Source of the DNA: Vicinamibacterales bacterium
GTDB taxonomy: Bacteria; Acidobacteriota; Vicinamibacteria; Vicinamibacterales; SCN-69-37
NCBI GenBank assembly: GCA_036675475.1
Contig: JAKFEY010000001.1
Span: forward strand, 10,442 to 74,441
Length of the DNA: 64,000 nt
Direction of reading: 5' to 3'
In this document: in pieces, positions 34,377 through 43,924 of the stretch
Numbering within the stretch: the stretch's first letter is position 1
Layout of the letters: every line of letters begins with the position of its first letter
The notes under the pieces: model-generated
What the model saw: the letters and a program-made list of their open reading frames with translations, nothing else
What the model was told of the DNA's origin: nothing
Database searches by the model: none
Made by a program: the position numbers and the translations under genes

Positions 34377-35969
34377 TTACTTCCGCTGAAACTCCGGCGA
34401 CCCGAGCAGCAGTGCGAGCTGGCCGGGTTTGTCGGCGGCTTTTGCCACGGTGCCGCGCGTCGCGGGCGACAGCGCGCCGGGGGCAACGATCGTTCCTGGC
34501 TCGACGCGGTTGGCGGCGACACGCGTGCCGGGCAGCCGGTTCGAGACCAGCGCCACCGCGAAGTTCATGCGGTTGATGAGCGCGCCGCTGTTGACCCACG
34601 ACGCGGCCGTGTCGTCATAACCCGTCGGCGGCTGCGCGCCGTAGAGCGGCATGCCGAGCGTGCGCAGCTGCTGCACGAGCGGCCCGGCGTTGCGCACCTC
34701 GGCGCCCGTCGCGCGCAACGCGCTCACGACGAACTCGAACGGCGTCTTGACCTTCGCGCCGCGGGCGGCCTCGGCCATGAACTCCGGCGACGTGATGATC
34801 GCGCGCGTGACCTTCTTCAGATCGCCGCCGCTGTCGAGAAACACCTTCGCGGCGCGATCGACCAGCGCCTGCGGCGGCGTGTCCGACACGAACCGGCGCG
34901 CGAGCTTGCGCGCGATGTGCTTCGCGGTGGACGGATGCGCGGCGACGATGTCGAGCACGCGCTCGCCGTCGCGCTGGCCGCCGCCGGCGGGCAGGGTGTG
35001 GCCGAGCACGACCTTCGCGCCGTTGTCGTGAATGCGCTCGTTGAACTGGAAGTCGCCGCCGCCGCGCCGCGGCGCCTCGATCGTCCAGCCGGTGAACGCG
35101 CGCGCGACTTCGATGACGTCTTTCTGCGTGTAGCCGCCGTCGACGCCGAGCGTGTGGAGCTCGAGCAGCTCGCGCCCGTAGTTCTCGTTGAGCCCGCGCG
35201 CGGGCCGCGCCGGCTGCTGCGGTTGCTGCGGCATCGGATTGCCGCGCCCCGCCATGCCCGGCCGGCGGCTGCGGCCACGCCGCGCCTGCGGGGCCTGCGG
35301 CGCTTCCGGCGCCGCGCTCATCCAGTTGTCCAGATACCAGAGCATCGCCGGGCTCTTCGCCGTCTCGCCGAGCATGTCGCGGAAGTTGCCCAGCACGTGC
35401 GGACGGATGGCCTCGCGCTCGTACTCGGTGAGATAAAACCGCGCGAACTGGCCCTTGCCCGCAAACACGTTGAAGTGGTTGAACCAGAAATCGACGAGCA
35501 CTTCCTCGAGCTGCCGGTCGCTGTAGACCGCGCGCAGCAGCTTCTGCTGCGACAGTTCGAGCAGCGGCAGGTTCGCCTGCGTGCGCTGCCGTTGCGCCCC
35601 GGCGGGAGGCGCCATCTGGCCGGGCTCGCCCGGCGGAGGCGTCATCTGCGGAGGCGCGGCGGCCTGGTTCCGCTGCTGCGGGGGCGTGTAAAACCGGCGC
35701 GCCATCTCCGAGCTGCTGAGGCCAAGCGTCTCGAATGACGCGAGGCGGGCCTCGACTGCCTGCGCGTCGATTTTCGCTGGCTCGAGCTGGAGCTCGATGT
35801 ATTTCTCGAGCCCCATGGCCCGCACCCGCTCGATATCTCCCGCGCGGGCACCGTAGCCCAGCCGTCCCAGGACGTGCCCAATCGTGTCGTCCTGGGCCGC
35901 GGATCGCGCCGACAGGGTGGCAGTGGCTGCCACCAGGACCGAGATGGTGATCGCCTTCAGAAACTTCAT
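34377..35969 (-). CDS. DUF1800-domain exported protein
   Basis: Signal peptide. HVLGRLGYGARAGD, LVDFWFNHFNV, ELHTLGVDGGYTQKDV. Usual partner of DUF1501. Confidence 0.85.
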   Translation of the reverse strand: MKFLKAITISVLVAATATLSARSAAQDDTIGHVLGRLGYGARAGDIERVRAMGLEKYIELQLEPAKIDAQAVEARLASFETLGLSSSEMARRFYTPPQQRNQAAAPPQMTPPPGEPGQMAPPAGAQRQRTQANLPLLELSQQKLLRAVYSDRQLEEVLVDFWFNHFNVFAGKGQFARFYLTEYEREAIRPHVLGNFRDMLGETAKSPAMLWYLDNWMSAAPEAPQAPQARRGRSRRPGMAGRGNPMPQQPQQPARPARGLNENYGRELLELHTLGVDGGYTQKDVIEVARAFTGWTIEAPRRGGGDFQFNERIHDNGAKVVLGHTLPAGGGQRDGERVLDIVAAHPSTAKHIARKLARRFVSDTPPQALVDRAAKVFLDSGGDLKKVTRAIITSPEFMAEAARGAKVKTPFEFVVSALRATGAEVRNAGPLVQQLRTLGMPLYGAQPPTGYDDTAASWVNSGALINRMNFAVALVSNRLPGTRVAANRVEPGTIVAPGALSPATRGTVAKAADKPGQLALLLGSPEFQRK

Positions 35970-35984
35970 ACAGCAGAATTAGAC

Positions 35985-36953
35985 ATGTCCCGCCCGGCGC
36001 TCGTTACAGCCACAGACGACATTCTCAGCCAAATCTACGATCAGACGTGGGCAATCTGGAGTGACGGCCTCGACCGGGGCAGTTACGAGCGCTACAACCG
36101 GGCCCAGATGGCGACGACCTGGGGAAAAACGCACCTGGACCGCCTCGCGCTGGTCGAAGGGGACACTGTGCTGGCCAGCGCCAAGCGGTATCGCCTCACC
36201 CTGCAGGTGGACGGCGAAGACATGCCGTGTCTCGGGATTGGCGCGGTGTTCACCCCGCCGGACCGGCGCGGGCAGGGCCACGCCGCGTCGCTCATCGAGC
36301 GCATGATCGAACAGGCCGCCGGCGAGGGCGCCGGCATGGCGCTGCTGTTCTCCGAAATCGATCCCGCTTTTTACGCGCGCCTCGGATTCGAGCCCATCCC
36401 CATCGGTGAGGCCACGCTCGCGCTGCGCCCGCAGTCCCGCGAAGGCGCGCCCGCCGTGCTCATGCGCGGCGGCGACGACCGCGACATCGACAACATCGCA
36501 TCGATGCATGCCGCGCGTGCCGCGCGCTACGGCCTCTCGCTGGCGCGCGCGCCCGAATACATCCGCCACGCCATCTCGAAGCGGCGGCTGCTCGCCGCGT
36601 TTGGCGCGCCGGGCCTTCGGCACGTCGAGTACTTCATTACCGAAGAGGGCGGCAACGCCGTCGCCTATATCGTGGTGACGCGCGGGCCCGAGGGGCACGT
36701 GCTCGAGGAATGGGGCGATCGTGATCCCACCGGCGCGCGCGTGGGCGCGATGCTGCAGGTGCTGGCGGCGCGCACGCCGACGGAAGCGGCCGTGAAGCTG
36801 CGGACGTGGCTGCCGCCGGACTTCGCGCCGCCGCAGCTCGAGCGCATCGACGAGAAGCCGGCCGCCGAAGTCGGCATGCTTCGCGGCATCGGGCGCGGCA
36901 CGCCGCGCGTGCCCGCGTCCGGCGTGTTCTATCTCAAGGCTGACGCGTTCTGA
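35985..36953 (+). CDS. GNAT acetyltransferase (Eis-like, with C-terminal extension)
   Basis: Trimmed to ATG 35985. IGAVFTPPDRRGQGHAASLIERMI ... FYARLGFEPI. Confidence 0.7.
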   Translation: MSRPALVTATDDILSQIYDQTWAIWSDGLDRGSYERYNRAQMATTWGKTHLDRLALVEGDTVLASAKRYRLTLQVDGEDMPCLGIGAVFTPPDRRGQGHAASLIERMIEQAAGEGAGMALLFSEIDPAFYARLGFEPIPIGEATLALRPQSREGAPAVLMRGGDDRDIDNIASMHAARAARYGLSLARAPEYIRHAISKRRLLAAFGAPGLRHVEYFITEEGGNAVAYIVVTRGPEGHVLEEWGDRDPTGARVGAMLQVLAARTPTEAAVKLRTWLPPDFAPPQLERIDEKPAAEVGMLRGIGRGTPRVPASGVFYLKADAF

Positions 36954-38853
36954 TCACGAACGGCCGCAGCACGCGGCCGGCTTCCTTGCCGTCCGACTTC
37001 ACGATGGCGCGCGCGAGAAATTCGCCTTCGCCAAGCAGCGCCACGTCGACGCGCGCCTCGCCCGTCCGGCGCCCGGGCTGTGGCGCGGCGCTGAATGTCA
37101 CCGGCACCTTCGTCAGCGCCAGTCCGTCCTCGCGGCGCGAGATCTCAATGTCGACGCTCGTGCCGTCGAGCAGCGCCGGCACGTCCGAGTACAGCTCGAT
37201 GTAGGTCTGCAGCACCGTGCCGGCCGGCCCGTCAGTCAGCAGCGCGAGCTTCTGCGTGGCGGGATGCTGCTCCGACAGCAGCAGATCGGACCAATGCAGC
37301 TGCCCGGCGCCGTGCAGGCGCGCCTCGAACGTGTGGCCGACGCTGCCGTCGCGGCCCGACGCGTCCGCAACCGCATACCGAAGCGAATAGATGCCGGGAT
37401 CGACGACGAGCGCCGAGGCGAAATGCTCGACGCGGCCGTTGTGCGGCCCGAGCGACGGCTCGACGTCGCTGCCCGCCAGCCGCCCGTCGCGATCGACGAG
37501 CGTGAATCCCATGGCCGCATCCACCGACGGGTTCAGCGTGCGATCGACCTCCGACGCGATGATCACCTTCACCTTGCCGCTTTCATCACGCACGATATAC
37601 GGCGACACCTTGATGCCGACCGACGTCAGATCGATGGGCGATCGCAGCGCTTCGCCCAGGCGCGGGCCCAGCGACGCCGCGTCGAGCGCCGCGTCCATCG
37701 CAAACTCGCGGCGCGCGCGCACCGTCAGGCCGCGACGTCCCACACCAATCTTGATCTTGTGCGTGCGGCCGTCGCGTTCGCCCGGCTGCGGCTCGAACGA
37801 GAGCAGGTAATACCCCGACACCTCGGTGCTGACGCGGCTGAAGCCAAGCCACGGATTCGACGGCGACAGTGGCACCACTGCGCCGCCGGCCAGGCCCGCC
37901 AGCAGCTCGAGTCCTTCTTTCTCGAGGGCGCGATCGGCCGATCGCGACCGCGACATCGTGGCCGCCCCGGCTTCGAACGGCGAAGACTCCATCTGCAGCA
38001 CGTACAGCGAGACTTGCGACTCGGCGGCGGTGGGCGCAACCCATCCCAGATCCTGCACGCCCTGATCGAGCACCAGCCCCTCCGACAGCAGCACCATTGT
38101 CTTGCGCGTCCGCCCGGCGCGAAGACGCCGCATCGTCTCGCGCAGACCGACCAGCGACTCTGCCGTGCGGCTGCGAATCTCACCGCTGACGATGCGCGCG
38201 TCGCTGATGACCATCCGCTGGCAGAGCGCCATCTCGTCGGTGCTCATGTTGCCCGCGCATTCGCGCTCGAGCACATCGCGCAGCACATCCTGCTGCCCGC
38301 GCACGATGGCCTTGGCCTCGTACACGCCCACGCGCGTGCCATGCTGCATCGACGGGCCGCGGCCCGCGACGCGCTTCAGCGTTTCGGCCACCAGCGCGTG
38401 GTTCGACGTGAAGTCGAGCACCGGGCCCGCGCCCGGCAAAAGCTGCAGGCCGACGCGATCGTTCGAATTCAGCGTGCCGAGAAACTTCGCGGCCGCGTCG
38501 AACACCACGCGCCCCGTACCCGCCTTGATGTTGTTCTGATCGATGACGAGCATGATCAGCCGCCCGCCGCGGCTGTCCAGATTGCTCGAGTAATAGGCGG
38601 GTGGCGGCCCGGGATCGACCAGCCGCCGCAGTGACACGAACTCCGCCGACGCGATCTCGCGCCGCTTGCCGTCGACCTCGAGCGTGAAGTCCGCCGGCGT
38701 CAGATCCGCAACCGGCCGCCCATCGTCATCGACGACGACCACATCGACGGCGACGCGGTCGACACCCGATCGGAACGTCGTCTGCGGCTGCTGCGCAGGC
38801 GCCGCCTGCTGCGCGCCCAGAAGCACCGCGCCAGCCAGCCAGAAGATCAGCAT
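36934..38853 (-). CDS. VWA-domain exported protein (VWFA-related acidobacterial type, TIGR03436-like)
   Basis: QTTFRSGVDRVAVDVVVVDDDGRPVADLTPADFTLEVDGKRREI is the family-typical N-terminus. Then LIMLVIDQNNI and NDRVGLQ (VWA fold). Confidence 0.8.
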   Translation of the reverse strand: MLIFWLAGAVLLGAQQAAPAQQPQTTFRSGVDRVAVDVVVVDDDGRPVADLTPADFTLEVDGKRREIASAEFVSLRRLVDPGPPPAYYSSNLDSRGGRLIMLVIDQNNIKAGTGRVVFDAAAKFLGTLNSNDRVGLQLLPGAGPVLDFTSNHALVAETLKRVAGRGPSMQHGTRVGVYEAKAIVRGQQDVLRDVLERECAGNMSTDEMALCQRMVISDARIVSGEIRSRTAESLVGLRETMRRLRAGRTRKTMVLLSEGLVLDQGVQDLGWVAPTAAESQVSLYVLQMESSPFEAGAATMSRSRSADRALEKEGLELLAGLAGGAVVPLSPSNPWLGFSRVSTEVSGYYLLSFEPQPGERDGRTHKIKIGVGRRGLTVRARREFAMDAALDAASLGPRLGEALRSPIDLTSVGIKVSPYIVRDESGKVKVIIASEVDRTLNPSVDAAMGFTLVDRDGRLAGSDVEPSLGPHNGRVEHFASALVVDPGIYSLRYAVADASGRDGSVGHTFEARLHGAGQLHWSDLLLSEQHPATQKLALLTDGPAGTVLQTYIELYSDVPALLDGTSVDIEISRREDGLALTKVPVTFSAAPQPGRRTGEARVDVALLGEGEFLARAIVKSDGKEAGRVLRPFVIRTRQP

Positions 38854-38913
38854 GCCCCCATTCTAGTGCCCGCGCTCGTCGTCGGCTCCGTGCTCCGCCG
38901 CTTGCTGCGACGA

Positions 38914-39163
38914 GGCCGCGCGAAAGGGCGCTCGGGTCAGTCTGTCGCTGCGCCGCGTAGCTCGGGCGATCTCAGCTCGCATGCACAACCACGGCGCCGC
39001 GACAGACCGACCACTCGCGCTCAGCGCGGCCATGCGCAGGGGCGGTGTCCGGTGTTCCTCAGCGACGCCGTTAAAAAGACATCGGAGAGACCCGGCGCAC
39101 GATCACGCGCCTGGCTCGACTCGCCTCGGCGGCGCTGAGGAATACTGGACGCCGCCCCGAGCA
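38914..39163 (+). repeat. intergenic structured repeat, copy A (module 1: 38914-39031; module 2: 39032-39163)
   Basis: Module 1 matches the reverse complement of 43801-43918 at 116/118 positions by my hand alignment. Module 2 is homologous to the reverse complement of 54306-54439. Both modules are long imperfect hairpins. Confidence 0.8.
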
Positions 39164-39186
39164 AGGGCTCGGTGCCCGAGCGCGGC

Positions 39187-40740
39187 TTATCGCCGCTTGA
39201 GGTCGGAGGTGATGTGTTGGGCGGCGAGGAGGCCGGGGAGGCCTGTGATACCGCCGCCGGGGTGCGAGCCGGCCGAGCCGAGGTAGAGGCCGCGCACGGG
39301 GGAGTCGTAGCCGTGCATGCCGAGCAGCGGCCGCGCGACGAGCATCTGATCGAGCGCGTGCTCGCCGTGATGGATGTGGCCGCCGTCCATGCCGTAGATG
39401 ACTTCGAGATCCTCCGGCGTGATGACTTCCGCGTTCACGACGATGCGGGTGATGCCGGGGGCGACGGTTTCGAGCGTGCGCATGACGCGTTCGAGCAGTG
39501 TGTCTCGCGCGGCCGTCCATGTCGTGCCGCGAAGCGTGCGCGGCGCGTACTGCGCATAGATCGACATCACGTGTTTGCCGGCCGGCGCGAGCGAGCCGTC
39601 GTGCGTGGACGGCACGGCAATCTCGAGCCACGGGTCCGTCGACATCTCACCGTACTTGCTCGCGTCGAAGGCGCGCTCGAGATAGTCGACGTCGGGCCCC
39701 ACGTGAATGCGCCCGCGCAGCGCGGATGGATGTGCGGCGAGCGCCGGAAACACCGGCAGCGTGTCGAGCGAGAGATTGACCTTCGCCGTGATGCCGTGCG
39801 CGCGGATGTTGCGCGTGCGCGTGACGGTGTCGGGCGCGATGATGCCGGGCTCGACGAGGTGCAGCAGCGTCTGCTTCGGTCCCACGGCCGACAGCACCGC
39901 GCGACACGCGATGGTCTCGCCCGAATCGAGCGACACGCCCGTCACCGCATCCCCCTCAATCAGCATCTGGCGCACGCCGCAGGAAACGCGGATGGTGGCG
40001 CCGGCCGACGTCGCGGCCTTGGCGATCGCGTCCGAAAACGCGCTGATGCCGCCCGTGACCGTGAGCCCGCTGCCCACCGGGTGTGGATCGAAAGCGAGCT
40101 GATAGAGATATGAGAGCGTGCCGCCGGCCGATCGCGGCCCGAGTTTCGAGCCGAGCAGGCCGCGCGCGGCGATGGCGGCGCGCAGCAGATCGTCGCCGAA
40201 CCATTCCTGCACGAAATCGGCGATGGGCATCGGGCCCCAGCGCAGCAGGCCGTACGCGGTGCGTCTGTCGAGCGCGCGAAACTTTCGCGCGGCGCCGCCG
40301 AGCGTGAGCACGTCGCGGAACGACGGCGCGTCCATGTCGGGCGCCGGCTTTTCGAGCACGGACGCGACGACGCGGACCGCGTCGTTGACCTGCTGCACGA
40401 ACGACCCGTAGCGCGCGGCATCACTGCCGGACGTCACCGACAGCGCTTCAACCGTCTTGCCGTGATCGCGATAAAACGGAATCGCCTTGCCGGCCGCATT
40501 CACCGCCGTCAGCGGAATGTCGGGCGTCATCCACTCGACACCGTTGAGTGTCAGCGCGCGCGCCAGCGCCGGATGTACGGGCGGCATCGTGTGGGCCAGC
40601 GCGTTCGACGCGGCGCCGCCGACGGTGGACCGCCGTTCGAGCACGAGCGTCGACAGGCCCGCGCGCGCGAGCCGCTCCGCCGCCACCAGGCCGTTGTGGC
40701 CCGCGCCGATGACGATGATGTCGACCGAAGCCGGGGTCAT
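39187..40740 (-). CDS. FAD/NAD(P)-dependent oxidoreductase, phytoene-desaturase (CrtI/COG1233) family
   Basis: DIIVIGAGHNGLVAAERLARAG, LERRSTVGGAA. C-terminal GLYLGSAGSHPGGGITG. Confidence 0.85.
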   Translation of the reverse strand: MTPASVDIIVIGAGHNGLVAAERLARAGLSTLVLERRSTVGGAASNALAHTMPPVHPALARALTLNGVEWMTPDIPLTAVNAAGKAIPFYRDHGKTVEALSVTSGSDAARYGSFVQQVNDAVRVVASVLEKPAPDMDAPSFRDVLTLGGAARKFRALDRRTAYGLLRWGPMPIADFVQEWFGDDLLRAAIAARGLLGSKLGPRSAGGTLSYLYQLAFDPHPVGSGLTVTGGISAFSDAIAKAATSAGATIRVSCGVRQMLIEGDAVTGVSLDSGETIACRAVLSAVGPKQTLLHLVEPGIIAPDTVTRTRNIRAHGITAKVNLSLDTLPVFPALAAHPSALRGRIHVGPDVDYLERAFDASKYGEMSTDPWLEIAVPSTHDGSLAPAGKHVMSIYAQYAPRTLRGTTWTAARDTLLERVMRTLETVAPGITRIVVNAEVITPEDLEVIYGMDGGHIHHGEHALDQMLVARPLLGMHGYDSPVRGLYLGSAGSHPGGGITGLPGLLAAQHITSDLKRR

Positions 40741-42365
40741 ACCGGCAGCGTCCAGGGATCACGCGCGGCGCCCCGCGGGCCGGCTGCGTTGGCGCGGCCG
40801 AGAATGGCGAACGCCGCGTTGCGCCCGGGTGCCGCCATGATGCCGCCGCCGGGGTGCGTGGCGGAGCCGCACATATAAAGGTTGCGGATGGGTGTGCGAT
40901 ACGACGCCCATCCCGGGGCCGGGCGCAGGAAGAACAGCTGCTCGAGCGTGAGCTCACCCTGGAAGATGTTGCCCTCGGAGAGTCCCCACTCGCGCTCGAG
41001 ATCCAGCGGCGTCACCACCTGCCGGTGCAGGATGATGTCGCGGATGTTCGGCGCGTGCTCGGCAATCGTGTTGATGACGGTGTCTCCGAACGCGTCCTTC
41101 TGATCGTCCCAGTTGCCCTCGGCCAGGTGATACGGCGCGTACTGCACGAAGCACGACATCACGTGCTTGCCGGGCGGCGCGACGCTCGGATCCGTCAGGC
41201 TCGGAATGACGATGTCCATGTACGGACGCCGCGAAAACCGCCCGTACTTCGCATCGTCGTACGCGCGCTCCATGTAGTCCACGCTCGGAGAAATGGAGAT
41301 GGCGCCGCGCAGGTGCGGGCCGTTGCCGGGCATGGCCGTGAAGTTGGGCAGCGCGTCGAGCGCGAGGTTCACCTTGCCAGACGAGCCGCGGTACTTGTAG
41401 CGGCGGATGTCTTCGACGAAGTCGTCAGGCAGGTGCTCGACGCCGGTCATCCGCTCGAATGTCAGGCGCGGATCGACGCTCGACGCGATCACGTCGGCAA
41501 GGATGTAATCGCCGTTCTCGAGAATCACGCCCGTGGCGGATCCGTTCGAGACGATGATCTTGGCCACGCCGGCCTCGGTGCGGATTTCGACGCCGGCGGC
41601 GCGCGCCGCGCCGGCAATGGCATTCGACACCGCGCCCGTGCCGCCGCGCGAGAAGCCCCACGAGCGGTAGGCGCCGTCGATTTCGCCCATGTAGTGGTGC
41701 AGCAGCACGTAGGCGGTGCCCGGCGATCGCACGCCGAGGAACGTGCCGATGATGCCAGACGCCGACATCGTGGCCTTGAGTACGTCGGTCTCGAACCACT
41801 GATCGAGAAAATCGACCGCGCTCATCGTCATCAGCTGCAGCTGGTTGTAGCGATCGCGCAGCGGAAGATTGCGGAAGCGGTTGGCCAGGCCCGCAAGCTC
41901 CCGCAGTCCGCCGAAGCCGGGGCGCGTGGGATCGGGCGGCGTCATCGCCATGATCGGCTTGACGAAGCGGCCCATCTCGACCATCGCCTGCGAGTACTCG
42001 TCGTACGCCTCGGCGTCGATGCGTGAGTGGCGCGCGATTTCGCGGCGCGTCTGGCCGTGATCGTTGGTGCGCCACAGGTAATCGCCGCTCGGCATCGGCG
42101 TAAAGGTGCCGTCGAGCGGAAGAATCTCGAGGCCGTGCCGCGCGAGGTCGAGCTCGCGGATGATTTCGGGCCGCAGCAGCGACACGACATACGAGCACAC
42201 CGAGAACTTGAAGCCGGGAAACACCTCCTCGGTGACTGCCGCGCCGCCCAGTACGTGGCGCCGCTCGAGCACGAGCACCTTTCGGCCCGCGCGCGCGAGA
42301 TACGCCGCCGTCGTGAGCCCGTTGTGTCCCCCGCCGATAATGACGGCGTCGTACTTCGTGGCCAT
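40737..42365 (-). CDS. FAD/NAD(P)-dependent oxidoreductase, phytoene-desaturase (CrtI/COG1233) family, paralogue
   Basis: Trimmed ORF 40737..42788 to ATG 42365. YDAVIIGGGHNGLTTAAYLARAG, LERRHVLGGAA, NLYMCGSATHPGGGIMA. ATGA overlap with the downstream paralogue. Confidence 0.85.
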   Translation of the reverse strand: MATKYDAVIIGGGHNGLTTAAYLARAGRKVLVLERRHVLGGAAVTEEVFPGFKFSVCSYVVSLLRPEIIRELDLARHGLEILPLDGTFTPMPSGDYLWRTNDHGQTRREIARHSRIDAEAYDEYSQAMVEMGRFVKPIMAMTPPDPTRPGFGGLRELAGLANRFRNLPLRDRYNQLQLMTMSAVDFLDQWFETDVLKATMSASGIIGTFLGVRSPGTAYVLLHHYMGEIDGAYRSWGFSRGGTGAVSNAIAGAARAAGVEIRTEAGVAKIIVSNGSATGVILENGDYILADVIASSVDPRLTFERMTGVEHLPDDFVEDIRRYKYRGSSGKVNLALDALPNFTAMPGNGPHLRGAISISPSVDYMERAYDDAKYGRFSRRPYMDIVIPSLTDPSVAPPGKHVMSCFVQYAPYHLAEGNWDDQKDAFGDTVINTIAEHAPNIRDIILHRQVVTPLDLEREWGLSEGNIFQGELTLEQLFFLRPAPGWASYRTPIRNLYMCGSATHPGGGIMAAPGRNAAFAILGRANAAGPRGAARDPWTLPV

Positions 42366-42416
42366 CTGCACCGCAAAGAATACAGGAGACCGGACGGCGT
42401 TGTATCCTGTGCCGTC

Positions 42417-43631
42417 ATGCCGATCGGCACCCCGCTGCACGAGCGCACCTTTCCGCTGTGCACCAGCCTGAACTATCGCGACTGGGCCGGGTACTACGCT
42501 GTCAGCGCGTACGAAACGCACCACGAGCACGAATACAACGCCATCCGCAACGGCGCGGCGCTCATCGACATCTCGCCGCTGTTCAAATACATCCTCACCG
42601 GGCCCGGCGCCACCGCCCTCGTCGACCGCATCATCACGCGCAGCGCCGCGAAAATGAAGCCGGGGCAGGTGTACTACACGCCCTGGTGCGACGAGCGCGG
42701 CAAGGTGCTCGACGACGGCACCGTGACGCGGCTCGAGGAAAACAAGTATCGCTGGACGGCGGCCGAGCCGAACATGCGCTGGCTGCACGAGAACGCGCGC
42801 GGGCTCGACGTGCAGATCGAGGACGCGTCGGAGCGCATCGCGGCCATGGCGCTGCAGGGGCCCACATCCGGCGCGCTGCTGATGCGCGCGGCGGAGGCCG
42901 ATGTCGCATCGCTGAAATATTTCCGGATGACGACCGGCACGATTCAGGGCATCCCGGCGGAAATTTCGCGCACCGGCTATACCGGCGACCTTGGCTTCGA
43001 GATCTGGGTCGATGCCGACAAAGCCGCAGCGGTGTGGGATGTGCTCATGACCGAAGGCCGCGCCTTTGCCGTCAAGCCCACCGGCATGCTGGCGCTCGAT
43101 GTCTCACGCATCGAAGCGGGCCTGCTGCTGATCGATGTCGACTTCTTCAGCGCGCGCAAAGCCCAGATCGCGTCGCAGCTCTATTCGCCGTTCGAGATGA
43201 GCCTGGATCGGCTTGTCGATCTTTCGAAAGAGCGGTTCATCGGCCGGCAGGCGCTCGCGGCGGAAGCCAGACAAGGCCCGCCTCGCCGCATCGTCGGTCT
43301 CGAGTTCGACTGGCCGGAAGTGGAGCGCATCTACGAGCGCGCCGGCCTGCCGCCCATGACGGTCGCGACGGCGTCGCGCGTCGCCGTGCCCGTGTACGCG
43401 CCCGGCCGCGGCCAGATCGGCCGCGCCACGTCGACGACCTGGTCGCCGATCCTGAAGCGCATGATCGCGCTTGCCACGCTCGACGCCTCCATGTCCGCGC
43501 CCGGCACGCGCCTCGAGGTCGAACACACCGTCGACGCCGTCCGCCACCGCGTCGCCGCCAACGTCACCCCGACCCCGTTCTACAACCCGCCGCAGAAGAC
43601 CGCGCCGATTGGACAGCTGAACCCGGCATAG
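42417..43631 (+). CDS. aminomethyltransferase-family (GcvT-like) folate-dependent enzyme
   Basis: Trimmed ORF 42027..43631 to ATG 42417. EHEYNAIRNGAALIDISPLFKY, MALQGPTS, ISRTGYTGDLGFEIW. Confidence 0.85.
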   Translation: MPIGTPLHERTFPLCTSLNYRDWAGYYAVSAYETHHEHEYNAIRNGAALIDISPLFKYILTGPGATALVDRIITRSAAKMKPGQVYYTPWCDERGKVLDDGTVTRLEENKYRWTAAEPNMRWLHENARGLDVQIEDASERIAAMALQGPTSGALLMRAAEADVASLKYFRMTTGTIQGIPAEISRTGYTGDLGFEIWVDADKAAAVWDVLMTEGRAFAVKPTGMLALDVSRIEAGLLLIDVDFFSARKAQIASQLYSPFEMSLDRLVDLSKERFIGRQALAAEARQGPPRRIVGLEFDWPEVERIYERAGLPPMTVATASRVAVPVYAPGRGQIGRATSTTWSPILKRMIALATLDASMSAPGTRLEVEHTVDAVRHRVAANVTPTPFYNPPQKTAPIGQLNPA

Positions 43632-43659
43632 CAGACTTGGCTCAATGACGCCGCTCGTC

Positions 43660-43918
43660 TGCGTGCCCGATGTCGCGCAGCGGTGCCGAGGTGAGGGCGC
43701 GCCAAAGAGCGGTCGCGCCTGCGATCTTTTAACGGCCCCGCTGCACGACATCGAGCACGCAACCAACGGCGAGCGCGGACGCATGGCTGCGCGTGATCCG
43801 GGCCGCGCTGAGCGCGAGCGGTCGGTCTGTCGCGGCGCCGTGGTTGTACATGCGAGCTGAGATCGCCCGAGCTACGCGGCGCAGCGACAGACTGACCCGA
43901 GCGCCCTTTCGCGCGGCC
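43660..43918 (-). repeat. intergenic structured repeat, copy C, inverted relative to copy A (module 1: 43801-43918; diverged module 2: ~43660-43800)
   Basis: Module 1 is identical to copy A except for 2 substitutions. The module 2 region keeps the ggatcacgcgcag and gccgttaaaag landmarks but is otherwise diverged, so its left boundary is approximate. Confidence 0.75.
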
Positions 43919-43924
43919 CCAGCG

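Noticed and set aside
32781-35738. 985-aa + ORF, the longest plus-strand ORF in the region
   Set aside because: It is antisense to three minus-strand genes with clear family signatures (D-TA-like, DUF1501, DUF1800). Its composition is Arg/Ala/Gly low complexity.
38914-43918. Composite transposon or IS-bounded element
   Set aside because: Inverted repeats are present. However, no transposase, integrase or recombinase ORF and no obvious target-site duplication could be seen, so I report it only as a repeat-bracketed cassette.
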